The notes beneath the pieces are model-generated. The model ran no database searches. It was not told the origin of the DNA and saw nothing but the letters and a program-made list of their open reading frames with translations. DNA of 64,000 nucleotides from an uncultured Prevotella sp. (GTDB lineage: Bacteria; Bacteroidota; Bacteroidia; Bacteroidales; Bacteroidaceae), in assembly GCA_946183415.1 (NCBI GenBank), contig CAMHAM010000009.1, positions 19,797-83,796 of the forward strand. The letters are read 5' to 3'. Shown here in pieces: positions 29,802-40,362 of the stretch. Every line of letters starts with the position of its first letter. Position 1 is the first letter of the stretch. Both the position numbers and the translations under genes were made by a program.

Positions 29802-32800
29802 ATGGAACAACTAAAGAAACTTTTTCTGAGTTTGTTTGCTCTCCTGACGTGTACGGTAATGCACGCGCAGAGTGAGATCAGTGGTACGGTGGTCGACGCT
29901 ACAGGCGAAACGGTCATTGGAGCCACGGTGATGGAGAAAGGTACGTCGAACGGTACGATTACCGATTTCGACGGTAACTTCACGATTAAAGTAAACGAGG
30001 GCGCCATCCTCGTTATCTCGTACATTGGCTATCAGACACAGGAAGCCGCTGCCCATCAGGGTATGAAAGTGACACTCAAGGATGATGCCGAAGTGCTGCA
30101 GGAAGTGGTGGTGACAGGTTATACCACTCAGCGTAAGGCTGACTTGACGGGAGCTATCTCGACAGTTAGCGTCGATGAAATGGCGAAGCAGAACGAGAAC
30201 AACCCAATGAAGGCTCTTCAGGGACGCGTTCCAGGCATGAATATTACTGCTGATGGTAATCCCTCTGGTGCAGCAACGGTACGTATCCGTGGTGTGGGAA
30301 CCCTGAACGACAACGACCCGCTTTATATTATCGACGGTGTGCCCACAAAGGCAGGTATGCATGAGTTAAATGGTAACGATATCGAGAGCATCCAGGTGCT
30401 GAAGGATGCCGCTTCGGCAAGTATCTATGGTTCACGAGCTGCTAACGGTGTGATTATCATTACCACCAAGAAAGGTAAGGAAGGTAAGGTGAAGGTGAAT
30501 TTCGATGGAAGTATTGCAGCCTCTTTCTATACCAATAAGATTGAGACAATGAATGCCAGCCAGTGGGGACGTGCCTATTGGCAAGCCTCTGTAAATGACG
30601 GGGTGAACCCTGGCAATAACAACCTTGGTTATAATTATGATTGGAGTTATGATGCCAAGGGTAATCCTGTACTGAACAATATGACGATGGACATGTTCCT
30701 CGATGAGAATGCTACTGTACGTGCTGGTGATACCGATTGGTTTAAGGAGATCACGCGCACAGGTGTCATTCAGCAGTATAATGTGTCAGTAAGCAATGGA
30801 TCTGAGAAGGGTAATTCTTTCTTCTCTATAGGTTACTATGACAATAAGGGTACCATTAAGGACTCCTGGTTCAATCGTCTTTCTGGTCGTGCCAATGCAG
30901 ACTATAAACTGATTAACGATGTGGTAACCATTGGCGAGAATTTCACCATCAACCGTACAAAGGGTGTTGATGCTCCTGGTGGTGTATTGGAGCACGCTCT
31001 GGAGTTCAACCCTAACTTCCCCATCTATGCAGAAAACGGTAAGTATGCCCAGGCTCTTGGTGCCTACTCTGAGCGCGAGAATCCATTGAGTATGATTTCC
31101 AATGCAAGGGATAATGAGTATACCCAGTGGCGTATGTTTGGCGATGTGCATCTTAGCATCACTCCATTTAAGAACTTTATGATTCGTACCACTTTGGGTA
31201 TGGACTACACACAGAAAGAGCAGCGTTTCTTCACCTATCCTATTGCCAATGGTAAGGTGATGCGTACCGACAGTGCCGTAGAGGACAAGCAGGAGCACAC
31301 CATGCGATGGATGTGGAATGCCATTGCTACTTATAATCTGGAGATTGGCAAGCATCGTGGAGATGCCATGATTGGTACGGAGTTGAACCGTATGGACTAT
31401 AAGATGAACAGTGCTAAGCGCTACGAACTGGCTATTCTGAATACAGACTATATGTGGCCGTCTGCTGGAGCTGGCCGTCAGCTGGCCGAAGGTTTTGGTG
31501 AGGGATTCTCTCTCTTGTCATTCTTCGGAAAGGTGAACTATACTTATGATGACAAGTATTTGGCTTCAGTTACGATTCGTCGTGACGGTTCAAGCCGATT
31601 CGGTACAAACAACCAGTATGGTACATTCCCCTCTGTCAGTGCAGGTTGGCGCATCTCTCAGGAGAAGTTTATGGAGGGTGCAAGGGGCTGGCTCGACAAC
31701 CTGAAACTGCGCTACTCTTGGGGACAGACTGGTAACCAGGAAATCTCGAACACAGCTCGCTATACTCTCTATAAGTCGGTTGTGTCTACAGGCCTTTGGG
31801 GAAGCGGTCAGGCTGGTTCCTCTTATGATATCACTGGTACCAATGGCGGTTACGACCTTCCTAACGGATATGTGCGCAACCAACGTGGCAATGATGACAT
31901 TAAGTGGGAGACTACGACTCAGAATAACATAGGTCTTGACTTTGCGATCTTGCGAAATGAGATCTATGGTAGTTTCGACTGGTACAGCAAGAAGACCACC
32001 GACATCCTGCTCTTAATGGAAGGTATTGCTGCCATGGGAGAGGGCTCTGGCCAGTGGATCAACGCAGGTGAGGTAAAGAACAATGGTTGGGAGCTCACAG
32101 TAGGCTATCGCCACAGTCTGCCAAGCGATTTCTCATGGGATATCAGTGGAAACATCAGCAAATATGTCAACGAGATTACCAAACTGCCAGAGACAGTAGC
32201 AGCCAACGGTAAGTATGGTGGTAACGGTGTGAAAAGCGTTGTGGGGCATGCGATGTTCTCACAGGTAGGTTACATCTACGACGGTATCTTCAAGAGTCAG
32301 GAAGAGATCGATAATCATGCTATACAGGAAGGTGCCGGACTTGGCCGCATCCGCTATAAGGATTTGAATGGCGACGGCCGTATCACTGAGGAAGACCAGG
32401 ATTGGATCTATGATCCTACGCCTGCCTTTACGTGGGGTCTGAACATCTATCTGCAGTATAAGAACTTTGACCTGACGATGTTCTGGCAAGGTGTGCAGGG
32501 TGTTGATGTCGACTGTCGTGGCTATAAGTCGCAGACTGACTTTTGGGCCAACTCTGCCATCAACGTGCCTTATCTGAATAAGGGCGTACGTTTACTCGAT
32601 GCATGGAGCCCAGCCAATCCTGGTAGCGACATCCCTGCACTTACCACATCGGATACAAACAATGAGGGTCGCGTATCTTCATATTATATTGAGAATGGCT
32701 CATACGCCAAATTGCGTACTATCCAGTTAGGTTACAATATGCCGAAAAAGGTGACCGATAAGCTGCGCTTGGATCGTATTCGTTTCTATGCTTCAGCTCA

Positions 32801-32912
32801 GAACCTGCTGACTATCAAGAGCGGTAAGTTTACAGGTGCCGATCCTGAGAACCCGGGATTCAATTATCCTATCCCTCTCAATCTTACTTTCGGACTCAAT
32901 GTTTCATTCTAA
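29802..32912 (+). CDS. susC: SusC-family TonB-dependent transporter (BT1763-like, fructan)
   Basis: Signal peptide from MEQLKK, TDFDGNF, PLYIIDG, VLKDAASASIYGSRAANGVIIITTK, DIKWETT, C-terminal Phe. Confidence 0.93.
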   Translation: MEQLKKLFLSLFALLTCTVMHAQSEISGTVVDATGETVIGATVMEKGTSNGTITDFDGNFTIKVNEGAILVISYIGYQTQEAAAHQGMKVTLKDDAEVLQEVVVTGYTTQRKADLTGAISTVSVDEMAKQNENNPMKALQGRVPGMNITADGNPSGAATVRIRGVGTLNDNDPLYIIDGVPTKAGMHELNGNDIESIQVLKDAASASIYGSRAANGVIIITTKKGKEGKVKVNFDGSIAASFYTNKIETMNASQWGRAYWQASVNDGVNPGNNNLGYNYDWSYDAKGNPVLNNMTMDMFLDENATVRAGDTDWFKEITRTGVIQQYNVSVSNGSEKGNSFFSIGYYDNKGTIKDSWFNRLSGRANADYKLINDVVTIGENFTINRTKGVDAPGGVLEHALEFNPNFPIYAENGKYAQALGAYSERENPLSMISNARDNEYTQWRMFGDVHLSITPFKNFMIRTTLGMDYTQKEQRFFTYPIANGKVMRTDSAVEDKQEHTMRWMWNAIATYNLEIGKHRGDAMIGTELNRMDYKMNSAKRYELAILNTDYMWPSAGAGRQLAEGFGEGFSLLSFFGKVNYTYDDKYLASVTIRRDGSSRFGTNNQYGTFPSVSAGWRISQEKFMEGARGWLDNLKLRYSWGQTGNQEISNTARYTLYKSVVSTGLWGSGQAGSSYDITGTNGGYDLPNGYVRNQRGNDDIKWETTTQNNIGLDFAILRNEIYGSFDWYSKKTTDILLLMEGIAAMGEGSGQWINAGEVKNNGWELTVGYRHSLPSDFSWDISGNISKYVNEITKLPETVAANGKYGGNGVKSVVGHAMFSQVGYIYDGIFKSQEEIDNHAIQEGAGLGRIRYKDLNGDGRITEEDQDWIYDPTPAFTWGLNIYLQYKNFDLTMFWQGVQGVDVDCRGYKSQTDFWANSAINVPYLNKGVRLLDAWSPANPGSDIPALTTSDTNNEGRVSSYYIENGSYAKLRTIQLGYNMPKKVTDKLRLDRIRFYASAQNLLTIKSGKFTGADPENPGFNYPIPLNLTFGLNVSF

Positions 32913-32927
32913 AATATAGCAACGATT

Positions 32928-34667
32928 ATGAAAACGATATATAATATTATCTGCACAATCTGCGTTGTCTGCGGTCTCACTGCTTGCTCGAAATTTCTTG
33001 AGGAACAAGTGCCACAGGCTACGCTGACTCAGGATGAGGTAAAGAATCCTGAGTATATCGACAATGTGCTGATTTCAGCATATGCAGGTCTGGTTACCAT
33101 AGAGGATATGAACGCCTCTTTCTCACTGTGGAACTACGACACCCGTTCTGACGATGCCTATGTAGGTGGGTCCGACTTCTCTGATGGCGAGCCTTTCCAC
33201 CGACTGGAAAAGTGCACAGGTGTGATGACTACCGACTGGCCGTTCAGTTCTATCTGGACTCGTTTCTATAATTATCTCTCACGTGTCAGTCTCTCACTCG
33301 ATATTTTGGCAAGTGCCGATCAGGAGAACGCCACCATTCAGCAACGTACTGCCGAGATGAAGTTCTTACGTGCTTACGGACACTTCCAGCTGAAGCGCCT
33401 GTTCAAGAAAATCCCGTTCGTGAACAAACTTAACATGACAGAAGAGGACTACAATAATCTCTCGAATACAGAATATACCAATGATGAGGGTTGGCAGCAG
33501 ATTATCAACGATCTCGAGGATGCCTATGCAGTGCTTCCTGTCGTACAGGTAGAGAAGGGGCGTCCCACGAAGGCTGCCTGTGCTGCTTTCTTGGCTAAAG
33601 TATATCTTTATAAGGCATATCGTCAGGATGATGCTAATTCTAATCAAGTGACAGCTGTGAATGAGGCTGACCTACAGAAAGTTGTAGAATACACCAACTC
33701 AGCTATCTACGCAGGATATGGCTTGGAGCCTGACATGCATAATAACTTCCGTCCCGAGGAGCAGTATGAGAATGGCAAGGAGAGCTTGTGGGCTATCCAG
33801 TATTCAAAGAACGATGGTACTGTATATGGTAACCTGAACTTCTCTACCCGCCTGATTGTACCATGTATTCCTAAAGTTCATGATTCTGGCTGCGACTTCT
33901 ACAAGCCTTCTCACAACCTCGTGGATGCTTATCGCACCAATAGTGATGGTCTGCCACTGCTTGACAATTTTGATGATGTCGATTACACTGTCGGATCAAA
34001 TCAGACAGTCGATCCTCGCCTGTTCGTTACAGTTGGAGTGCCTGGTACTCCCTATATGTTCAACCCTGGCTTTATGATTAGCGAGAGCAATGCATGGAGC
34101 CGTTCAGGTGGTACTTTCGGATATTTCGTATCGCTGAAGCAGAATGTGGATCCTGCTCTTACAGACAGTTATCTCTTCCTGTGCGACTCGCAGTGGGCAA
34201 GTTCGATGAACCGTATTGTATTCCGCTATGCTGATGTACTATTGATGCGTGCTGAGGCTCTGGCACAGCTGGGACAGGCTGCTGAGGCCATTGCACTCGT
34301 CAATCAGGTTCGAGACCGTGCTGCCAAGATGGCAACCAATAGTGTCGTTTCGAACTATCCTACAAAATATGGTGTGCACTTCGCTGTAGGCAAGTACAAT
34401 GGCTCTTATTCGAAGGATGATGCCATGAAGATTATCAAGATGGAGCGCCGACTGGAGCTTGCACTCGAGAGCGAACGTTTCTTCGACCTTGTGCGCTGGG
34501 GCGATGCTGCTACCGTCATTAACAAGTACTATGCAAGCGAGAGCGAGAAGATGAACTTCCTGGTAGGTTCGCAGTTTACTGCTAACAAGAATGAGTACCT
34601 TCCTGTTCCTTGGGAGCAGATGGCTGCCTCAAATGGTCACTATACGCAGAACTGCGGAGAGTGGTAA
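32928..34667 (+). CDS. susD: SusD-family lipoprotein (BT1762-like)
   Basis: Lipobox LTAC, AEMKFLRA, FRYADVLLMRAEAL, ERRLELALESERFFDLVRWG. Confidence 0.93.
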   Translation: MKTIYNIICTICVVCGLTACSKFLEEQVPQATLTQDEVKNPEYIDNVLISAYAGLVTIEDMNASFSLWNYDTRSDDAYVGGSDFSDGEPFHRLEKCTGVMTTDWPFSSIWTRFYNYLSRVSLSLDILASADQENATIQQRTAEMKFLRAYGHFQLKRLFKKIPFVNKLNMTEEDYNNLSNTEYTNDEGWQQIINDLEDAYAVLPVVQVEKGRPTKAACAAFLAKVYLYKAYRQDDANSNQVTAVNEADLQKVVEYTNSAIYAGYGLEPDMHNNFRPEEQYENGKESLWAIQYSKNDGTVYGNLNFSTRLIVPCIPKVHDSGCDFYKPSHNLVDAYRTNSDGLPLLDNFDDVDYTVGSNQTVDPRLFVTVGVPGTPYMFNPGFMISESNAWSRSGGTFGYFVSLKQNVDPALTDSYLFLCDSQWASSMNRIVFRYADVLLMRAEALAQLGQAAEAIALVNQVRDRAAKMATNSVVSNYPTKYGVHFAVGKYNGSYSKDDAMKIIKMERRLELALESERFFDLVRWGDAATVINKYYASESEKMNFLVGSQFTANKNEYLPVPWEQMAASNGHYTQNCGEW

Positions 34668-34705
34668 TGAAGAGTTTTATAGATTAAAGTTAAGAGTTTA
34701 AAGAT

Positions 34706-36094
34706 ATGAAAACGATATATAGCATTATCTGCGCATTATGCGTAATATGCGGGTTAGCTGCCTGCAGCAGCGATCATACGGGTAGCATGGACGTGAGTGG
34801 TTCATGTCTCGTTGAGAAGTTCGTGCTCAATGGTCAATATGAAGGCATCATCAGTACTGAGAAACGGTTGGTGAAGGTAAAGGTGCCTGCAGACTTTGAT
34901 CAGAAAGATAATATGGAAATTACGAGTCTGACGGTTTCTCCTGGCGCTGAGACCAATTTTAAGGTTGGTGACCGCGTCAACTTCGATGCCGACCGTAATC
35001 TGCACATCAGCAATGGTGATATCGTGATGGACTATCAGGTAAGCGTTCGCAACGACGAGGCTCTGATGTCGCTCTTTATTTTGGAGGGCGTGAAAGGTGC
35101 CATTAACCAGGAGGACAAGACGATCACTGTGAGCGTGATGGCCAATAGTGGTATCGACTTGAGTAACGCTTCGTTCGAAGTGGTGTGCAGTGAAGACGCT
35201 ACATGTAGTCCTGCCAGTGGCACGAAAGGCAACTTCACAGAGCCTTTCCAGATTACTCTGAACGATAATACTGCCACAAACGTATATACTGTATATGTAA
35301 CGCTGATTGCCGATCCTATAGCTTTGTTCGTAGGCGAGGCAGAGAACATAGAGCTGCTGAACGATGAGGAGAAGGCTGCTGCCAAGTGGCTGACAGGCAA
35401 TATTGCCAGTGCTGCCTACGCATCATGGAGCGACGTGGCCAGCGGAAACATCTCTCTCGAGAAGTGTAAGTTGATATTCTTCCATCGTCATTGTTCTTCT
35501 TATGGCAACTATAACGGTTTTGCAGAGGCTGAGAGTGGGGCTATGACGGCTCTTCCAAAGATGAAGGAGCTATGGCAGAATGGTGTAGGCTTTGTGCTGG
35601 GACGCTCTGCTGTGAACTATGCTATTGCACTCGGTGCTATGCCTGAGGATGCTTATCCCAACAATGTCTGGGGTGGCGGAGGTGGCGAAGGCTCCGACCT
35701 GATGGGCGAAGACCCCTGGCATTTCTATGCCTACGACATTACTCATCCGTTGTGGAAGAACCTGAAGACCTATCCTGGTGCTGCCGAGAATGCAGTTTAC
35801 ACCCTGGACAACGGATACACCATCTGTAATACCACATCTCAGTATGGCTTCTGGGATACCTATCAGGGTGGTAAGGATGCCTTCGAGGCCAAGACGGGCG
35901 GTCGCGCTCTTGGCGGCGACAACAGCGTGTCATCATGGGAACTGAAGGCCGCAAATGGCGAGTTTGGTAAAGGCGGCATTATCTGTCTTGGTTCCGGACT
36001 GTTCGACTGGAACTCGCCTACTCCATACGAGTCGAATTATCACGACAACATGGGTACCATCTTGCTCAATGCATTTGATTATCTAACAAAATAA
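34706..36094 (+). CDS. Surface glycan-binding lipoprotein (DUF4960/BT1761-like)
   Basis: Lipobox LAAC, two Ig-like N-terminal repeats, LNDEEKAAAKWL; located after susD. Confidence 0.75.
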   Translation: MKTIYSIICALCVICGLAACSSDHTGSMDVSGSCLVEKFVLNGQYEGIISTEKRLVKVKVPADFDQKDNMEITSLTVSPGAETNFKVGDRVNFDADRNLHISNGDIVMDYQVSVRNDEALMSLFILEGVKGAINQEDKTITVSVMANSGIDLSNASFEVVCSEDATCSPASGTKGNFTEPFQITLNDNTATNVYTVYVTLIADPIALFVGEAENIELLNDEEKAAAKWLTGNIASAAYASWSDVASGNISLEKCKLIFFHRHCSSYGNYNGFAEAESGAMTALPKMKELWQNGVGFVLGRSAVNYAIALGAMPEDAYPNNVWGGGGGEGSDLMGEDPWHFYAYDITHPLWKNLKTYPGAAENAVYTLDNGYTICNTTSQYGFWDTYQGGKDAFEAKTGGRALGGDNSVSSWELKAANGEFGKGGIICLGSGLFDWNSPTPYESNYHDNMGTILLNAFDYLTK

Positions 36095-36100
36095 ACATTA

Positions 36101-37705
36101 ATGATTATGAAGACAATGATATATTCAGTATTCGCACTCATGTTGTCAGCCTCTGCGCTGACGGCATGCAGCGACGACGGATTCTCTGGCGATCCAGCCA
36201 AGGATTGGAACGGCACGACCACATTCTTTGCCCCAACAGACGATCAGGGCTTTGGGACGTATTATACGCCACCAGTCGGACGCATTGGCGACCCCATGCC
36301 ATTCTACGATCAGAAGACTGGCGATTTCAAGGTGCTCTACCTGCAAGAGTACATTAACAATATGACATTCCGTTTCCACCCCATCTGGGCTGTCACAACC
36401 AAAGATGGTGCCAACTACGAGTCGTTGGGTGAGATGCTCCCATTCGGAAACAACGATTTCCAGCAGGATGCAGCCATTGGTACTGGTTGTGCATACGAGA
36501 AGGATGGTACGTACTATATTTACTATACAGGCCACAATGGTAACTGTAAATATCGTGAGGTTGTCATGCGTGCAACATCAACAGACTTCAAGACTTGGAC
36601 GAAGGACGAGCTTTGGACGCTGAACGGTCCTGACTTCGGTTACTCTGGCAACGACTTCCGTGATCCACAGATCTTCGTAGCCGACGATAACCTTTACCAC
36701 ATGGTCATCTCTACTTATCCTGTCAATGGTGGCGATCCCGTCTTTGCTGAGTTTAAGTCCAGTGATCTGAAGAACTGGGAGCATGTTGACCGTATCCGTA
36801 TGATCTGGGACCGTTTCCTGGAGTGTCCTGATATCTTTAAGATGGGTAACTACTGGTATCTGGTTTATAGCGAGAGCTTCCGTACAAGTTGGAGCCGTAA
36901 GGTGAAGTACATGGTTGCTTCGACCTACGAGGAACTGAAGAGCTGCTTCAACGATGGTCCCAAATGGCCTGCCGATGGTCATGAGGGTGTACTCGATACC
37001 CGTGCCTTCTATGCAGGAAAGACTGCCTCTGACGGAAAAGATCGCTATATCTGGGGCTGGTGCCCGTTCCGTTCTGGTGCAGATATCCATGAGAAAAATA
37101 TCAATGTGGGTGCAGGCGATGGCAACGAGCCCAACTGGAGTGGTGCACTGGTATGTCACAAACTTATCCAGCACGCCGATGGTACTCTTACACTCGGTGC
37201 AGTACCAGCCATGGCTGCAAAGTATAGCACAGTTGTCGACACGAAGGTGATGGAATCCAATGGCTATAGTAATGGAACTTTGTCTGGCGATGGTGCCTAT
37301 GTGCTCTACAATCGTCTGGGCACTGCCAACCATATTTCTTTCACCGTGAAGACTTCAACCAACTGGGATAAGTTTGGTATCTCGTTTGTGCGTGGTGCAG
37401 ATTCGGATAGGTATTACACGATGGTTGTCAATCCTGAAGACGAGGATCACCGTAAGGTCAACTTCGAGCAGGAAGGCTCAGCTGGAAAAGGATTTGTCGA
37501 AGGTGTCGACGGTTACTGGTTCGTGCGTCCTTCAGACAATGTCTACAACGTCGACATCTATACCGACAACTCGGTTCTGACCATGTACATTAACGATGTC
37601 TGTGCCTATACTCAGCGTATCTATGGCATCCAGAAGAATTGCTGGAGTATCAATAGCTATGGAGGCTCTATTACGGTCTCAGATGTGAAAGTCAGTCAGC
37701 AATAA
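36101..37705 (+). CDS. GH32 lipoprotein, BT1760-like endo-levanase
   Basis: Lipobox LTAC, RIGDPMPFYD (nucleophile), FRDP, ECPD, FYAGKT; N-terminus resembles B. thetaiotaomicron BT1760 as recalled. Confidence 0.85.
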   Translation: MIMKTMIYSVFALMLSASALTACSDDGFSGDPAKDWNGTTTFFAPTDDQGFGTYYTPPVGRIGDPMPFYDQKTGDFKVLYLQEYINNMTFRFHPIWAVTTKDGANYESLGEMLPFGNNDFQQDAAIGTGCAYEKDGTYYIYYTGHNGNCKYREVVMRATSTDFKTWTKDELWTLNGPDFGYSGNDFRDPQIFVADDNLYHMVISTYPVNGGDPVFAEFKSSDLKNWEHVDRIRMIWDRFLECPDIFKMGNYWYLVYSESFRTSWSRKVKYMVASTYEELKSCFNDGPKWPADGHEGVLDTRAFYAGKTASDGKDRYIWGWCPFRSGADIHEKNINVGAGDGNEPNWSGALVCHKLIQHADGTLTLGAVPAMAAKYSTVVDTKVMESNGYSNGTLSGDGAYVLYNRLGTANHISFTVKTSTNWDKFGISFVRGADSDRYYTMVVNPEDEDHRKVNFEQEGSAGKGFVEGVDGYWFVRPSDNVYNVDIYTDNSVLTMYINDVCAYTQRIYGIQKNCWSINSYGGSITVSDVKVSQQ

Positions 37706-37720
37706 GAACAATACAGAAAA

Positions 37721-37759
37721 CAGAAATCCCCAGCCAATTGAAATGGTTGGGGATTTCTG
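37721..37759. terminator. Bidirectional terminator
   Basis: CAGAAATCCCCAGCCA...TGGTTGGGGATTTCTG between convergent genes. Confidence 0.85.
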
Positions 37760-37778
37760 TGTTGAAGATATGATAGGA

Positions 37779-38252
37779 TCATTTGTTCTTCAGATACTCG
37801 GCAAAGATTCTGGCTGCGCTCTCTACCTTGGCAGCGCAGGGGCGACTCTTGTAGTACTCTGCCGTGCGCTCTGAGGCTACATAGCTGTTCTTGGCCTTCT
37901 CGTAGCCCTTAATACCAAGAATCTCAGCACAGATCAGACTGCCGTTCTCTGCCTTCGATCTGGCGAGCAGATCCTGCACCACCTTATAACAGGCAGACTT
38001 GCCTTCACGGTCGCTGCCTTCGGTTTGTCCACAGTCGAGACCTACGAGCATGACGATGCCTGACACAGCACCACACATCATACGCATGCGACCAACGCCG
38101 CCGCCAAAGCCAGCAGCAATCCGCTTGGCCATCGTCTCATCGAGACCATAAAGGTCGGAAAAGGCTGCCACCACACTTTGGCAGCAGCCATATCCGGCCA
38201 TGAAGTTATCGACTGCACGCTGAACGCGTAAGTCTAATTCACAATCAGTCAT
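37779..38252 (-). CDS. C-GCAxxG-C-C family putative redox protein
   Basis: GYGCCQSV, GFGGG, CGAVSG, LIC, RPC pattern. Confidence 0.85.
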   Translation of the reverse strand: MTDCELDLRVQRAVDNFMAGYGCCQSVVAAFSDLYGLDETMAKRIAAGFGGGVGRMRMMCGAVSGIVMLVGLDCGQTEGSDREGKSACYKVVQDLLARSKAENGSLICAEILGIKGYEKAKNSYVASERTAEYYKSRPCAAKVESAARIFAEYLKNK

Positions 38253-39976
38253 TATTCAGCCTCTGGCTCAGCAGCCTTAAAATTCTCAAGATCCTCTACA
38301 CGGAAAGCCTTGATATAGGCAGACTTGCCATAGACATCCTCCTCAGTCATGCGAACATACACGTTGGCACTCTTCTCGAAGAGCTCAGGAGCTTTGCTGG
38401 CATCACGGATGATGAGCAGCGACATTACGAGTTCGGCCGTCATGTCGTAGAGACGACGCGCGAGGAAGTCCTGAGCGTCCTGATTCTCAAGTGCCTTGAC
38501 GTTGGCAAGAGCCTCCTCGTAAACGGGGATGAGCTTCTCTACGCGGGCCTTCAGGGCTGCGTTAGCATCAGCAGGCAGAGCTGCCAGCATATCCTTGATA
38601 TTGTTCAGCATCGTACCGTTGGTGATGTAGCGGATTGCAGCGACAACCTGCAATTGTGTCGTACCCTCGTAGATAGAGAAGATACGGGCGTCGCGGAACA
38701 GGCGCTGGCTCTTGTACTCCATGATGAAACCTGAACCACCGTGGATGGAGATCGCATCGTAGGCGTTCTGGTTGGCGTACTCCGAGTTCATACCCTTGGC
38801 CAGCGGTGTGAAGGCATCAGCCAGACGCTGGTACTTCTTCAACTCCTGCTTTTCCTCAGCAGTGAGGGCACGGTCGCGGGCAATATCCTCGAGGCACTTG
38901 TAGACGTCCACGTAGCAGGCTGTCTCGTAAAGCAATGAGCGGCCTGCATCGAGCTTGGCCTTCATGCGAGAGAGCATATCATAGACAGCGGGGAAGTTGA
39001 TGATCTTGTCGCCAAACTGCTGACGCTCCTTGGCGTAAGCCAGACCCTCGTTGTAAGCCTCCTGCTCAACACCTACCGACTGTGCGGCGATACCCAGACG
39101 GGCACCGTTCATCAGGGCCATCACATACTTGATCAGACCTAAGCGGGTGCTACCGCAGAGCTCTGCCTTTGCGTTCTTATAGGTCAGCTCACAGGTAGGT
39201 GAACCGTGGATACCCAGTTTGTGCTCGATGTGGCGCACATCGACACCGCCCTGGCGCTTGTCGTAGATGAACATCGACAGACCACGTCCGTCCTTGGTGC
39301 CCTCCTCAGAGCGAGCCAGCACGAGGTGGATGTCAGAGTCACCATTGGTGATGAAACGCTTCACACCGTTCAGACGCCAGCAGTTCTCCTTCTCGTCGAA
39401 GGTAGCCTTCAGCATGACGCGCTGCAGGTCACTACCTGCATCAGGCTCAGTGAGGTCCATACTCATACCCTCACCGGCACAAACGCGGGGGATATACTTC
39501 TGGCGCTGCTCCTCGCTGCCGAACTCATAGAGTGTATCGATACAGCTCTGGAGGCTCCAGATGTTCTGGAAACCGGCATCAGCAGCTGAAATCATCTCGC
39601 TGAGCATGGAGAAGATGGCGTTGGGCAGATTCAGACCGCCGTAACGACGGGGCATCGAGACACCCCACAAGCCAGCCTTACGGGTGGCGTCGAGGTTCTC
39701 GTAAGTCTTAGAGGCGTAGATCATACGACCGTTCTCAAGGTGCGGACCTTCGAGGTCAACAGCCTCAGAGTTTGGCTCGATGATATTGGCAGCCACGTCG
39801 CCGGTGATGTCGAGAATCTGCTTGTAGTTCTCGATGGCATCGCCCAGGTCAACGGGAGCATAGTCATATTCTTTCGCATCAGCGAAACCCTTTTCTTTCA
39901 GCTCAACGATACGAGCCATCAGGGGGTGGTTCAAGTAGAACCCGATCTCAGGATGATCGCTATAATAGTTTGCCAT
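38252..39976 (-). CDS. Acyl-CoA dehydrogenase family protein (Etf-coupled)
   Basis: MDLTEPDAGSDL, LNGVKRFITNG, KLGIHGSPT, IYEGTTQLQ. Confidence 0.92.
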   Translation of the reverse strand: MANYYSDHPEIGFYLNHPLMARIVELKEKGFADAKEYDYAPVDLGDAIENYKQILDITGDVAANIIEPNSEAVDLEGPHLENGRMIYASKTYENLDATRKAGLWGVSMPRRYGGLNLPNAIFSMLSEMISAADAGFQNIWSLQSCIDTLYEFGSEEQRQKYIPRVCAGEGMSMDLTEPDAGSDLQRVMLKATFDEKENCWRLNGVKRFITNGDSDIHLVLARSEEGTKDGRGLSMFIYDKRQGGVDVRHIEHKLGIHGSPTCELTYKNAKAELCGSTRLGLIKYVMALMNGARLGIAAQSVGVEQEAYNEGLAYAKERQQFGDKIINFPAVYDMLSRMKAKLDAGRSLLYETACYVDVYKCLEDIARDRALTAEEKQELKKYQRLADAFTPLAKGMNSEYANQNAYDAISIHGGSGFIMEYKSQRLFRDARIFSIYEGTTQLQVVAAIRYITNGTMLNNIKDMLAALPADANAALKARVEKLIPVYEEALANVKALENQDAQDFLARRLYDMTAELVMSLLIIRDASKAPELFEKSANVYVRMTEEDVYGKSAYIKAFRVEDLENFKAAEPEAE

Positions 39977-39982
39977 AATTTC

Positions 39983-40168
39983 TTATTTGTTTTCTTGATT
40001 CTTCTTATGAATACTTCCTCCTATTCTTGCGCCAAAAGCACCACTGCATGCAAAAGCGCACATGCTTACTAATGCAGACAGTTCTGCATTGCCTTCCTTG
40101 CTAATGAAATAGGCTACGCCAAGCAGTGCGATGGCACAAATTATGAGGAAATAATCCAATGCTTTCAT
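39983..40168 (-). CDS. Small two-TM hypothetical protein (61 aa)
   Basis: Two hydrophobic segments and basic tail; 1-nt and 6-nt spacing to neighbours inside the operon. Confidence 0.6.
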   Translation of the reverse strand: MKALDYFLIICAIALLGVAYFISKEGNAELSALVSMCAFACSGAFGARIGGSIHKKNQENK

Positions 40169-40169
40169 C

Positions 40170-40361
40170 TTACTTCTTTAAAAAATCAGGATTAATGATC
40201 CAAGTGAAAATTGATACCCCCACACATATAATGATGACATCCACCACTATGGCGAGTACGCCATTGTACTGGACAATGTTGTAAGCAGGAAGCATGTTCC
40301 AAATAATGATGAAAGCCAGCCAACCTATAAGGGCAACAATTTTCTTGGTCTTGGTGGTCAT
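40170..40361 (-). CDS. Small two-TM hypothetical protein (63 aa)
   Basis: Basic N-terminus, two hydrophobic helices; ATG 1 nt after the etfA stop. Confidence 0.6.
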   Translation of the reverse strand: MTTKTKKIVALIGWLAFIIIWNMLPAYNIVQYNGVLAIVVDVIIICVGVSIFTWIINPDFLKK

Positions 40362-40362
40362 T

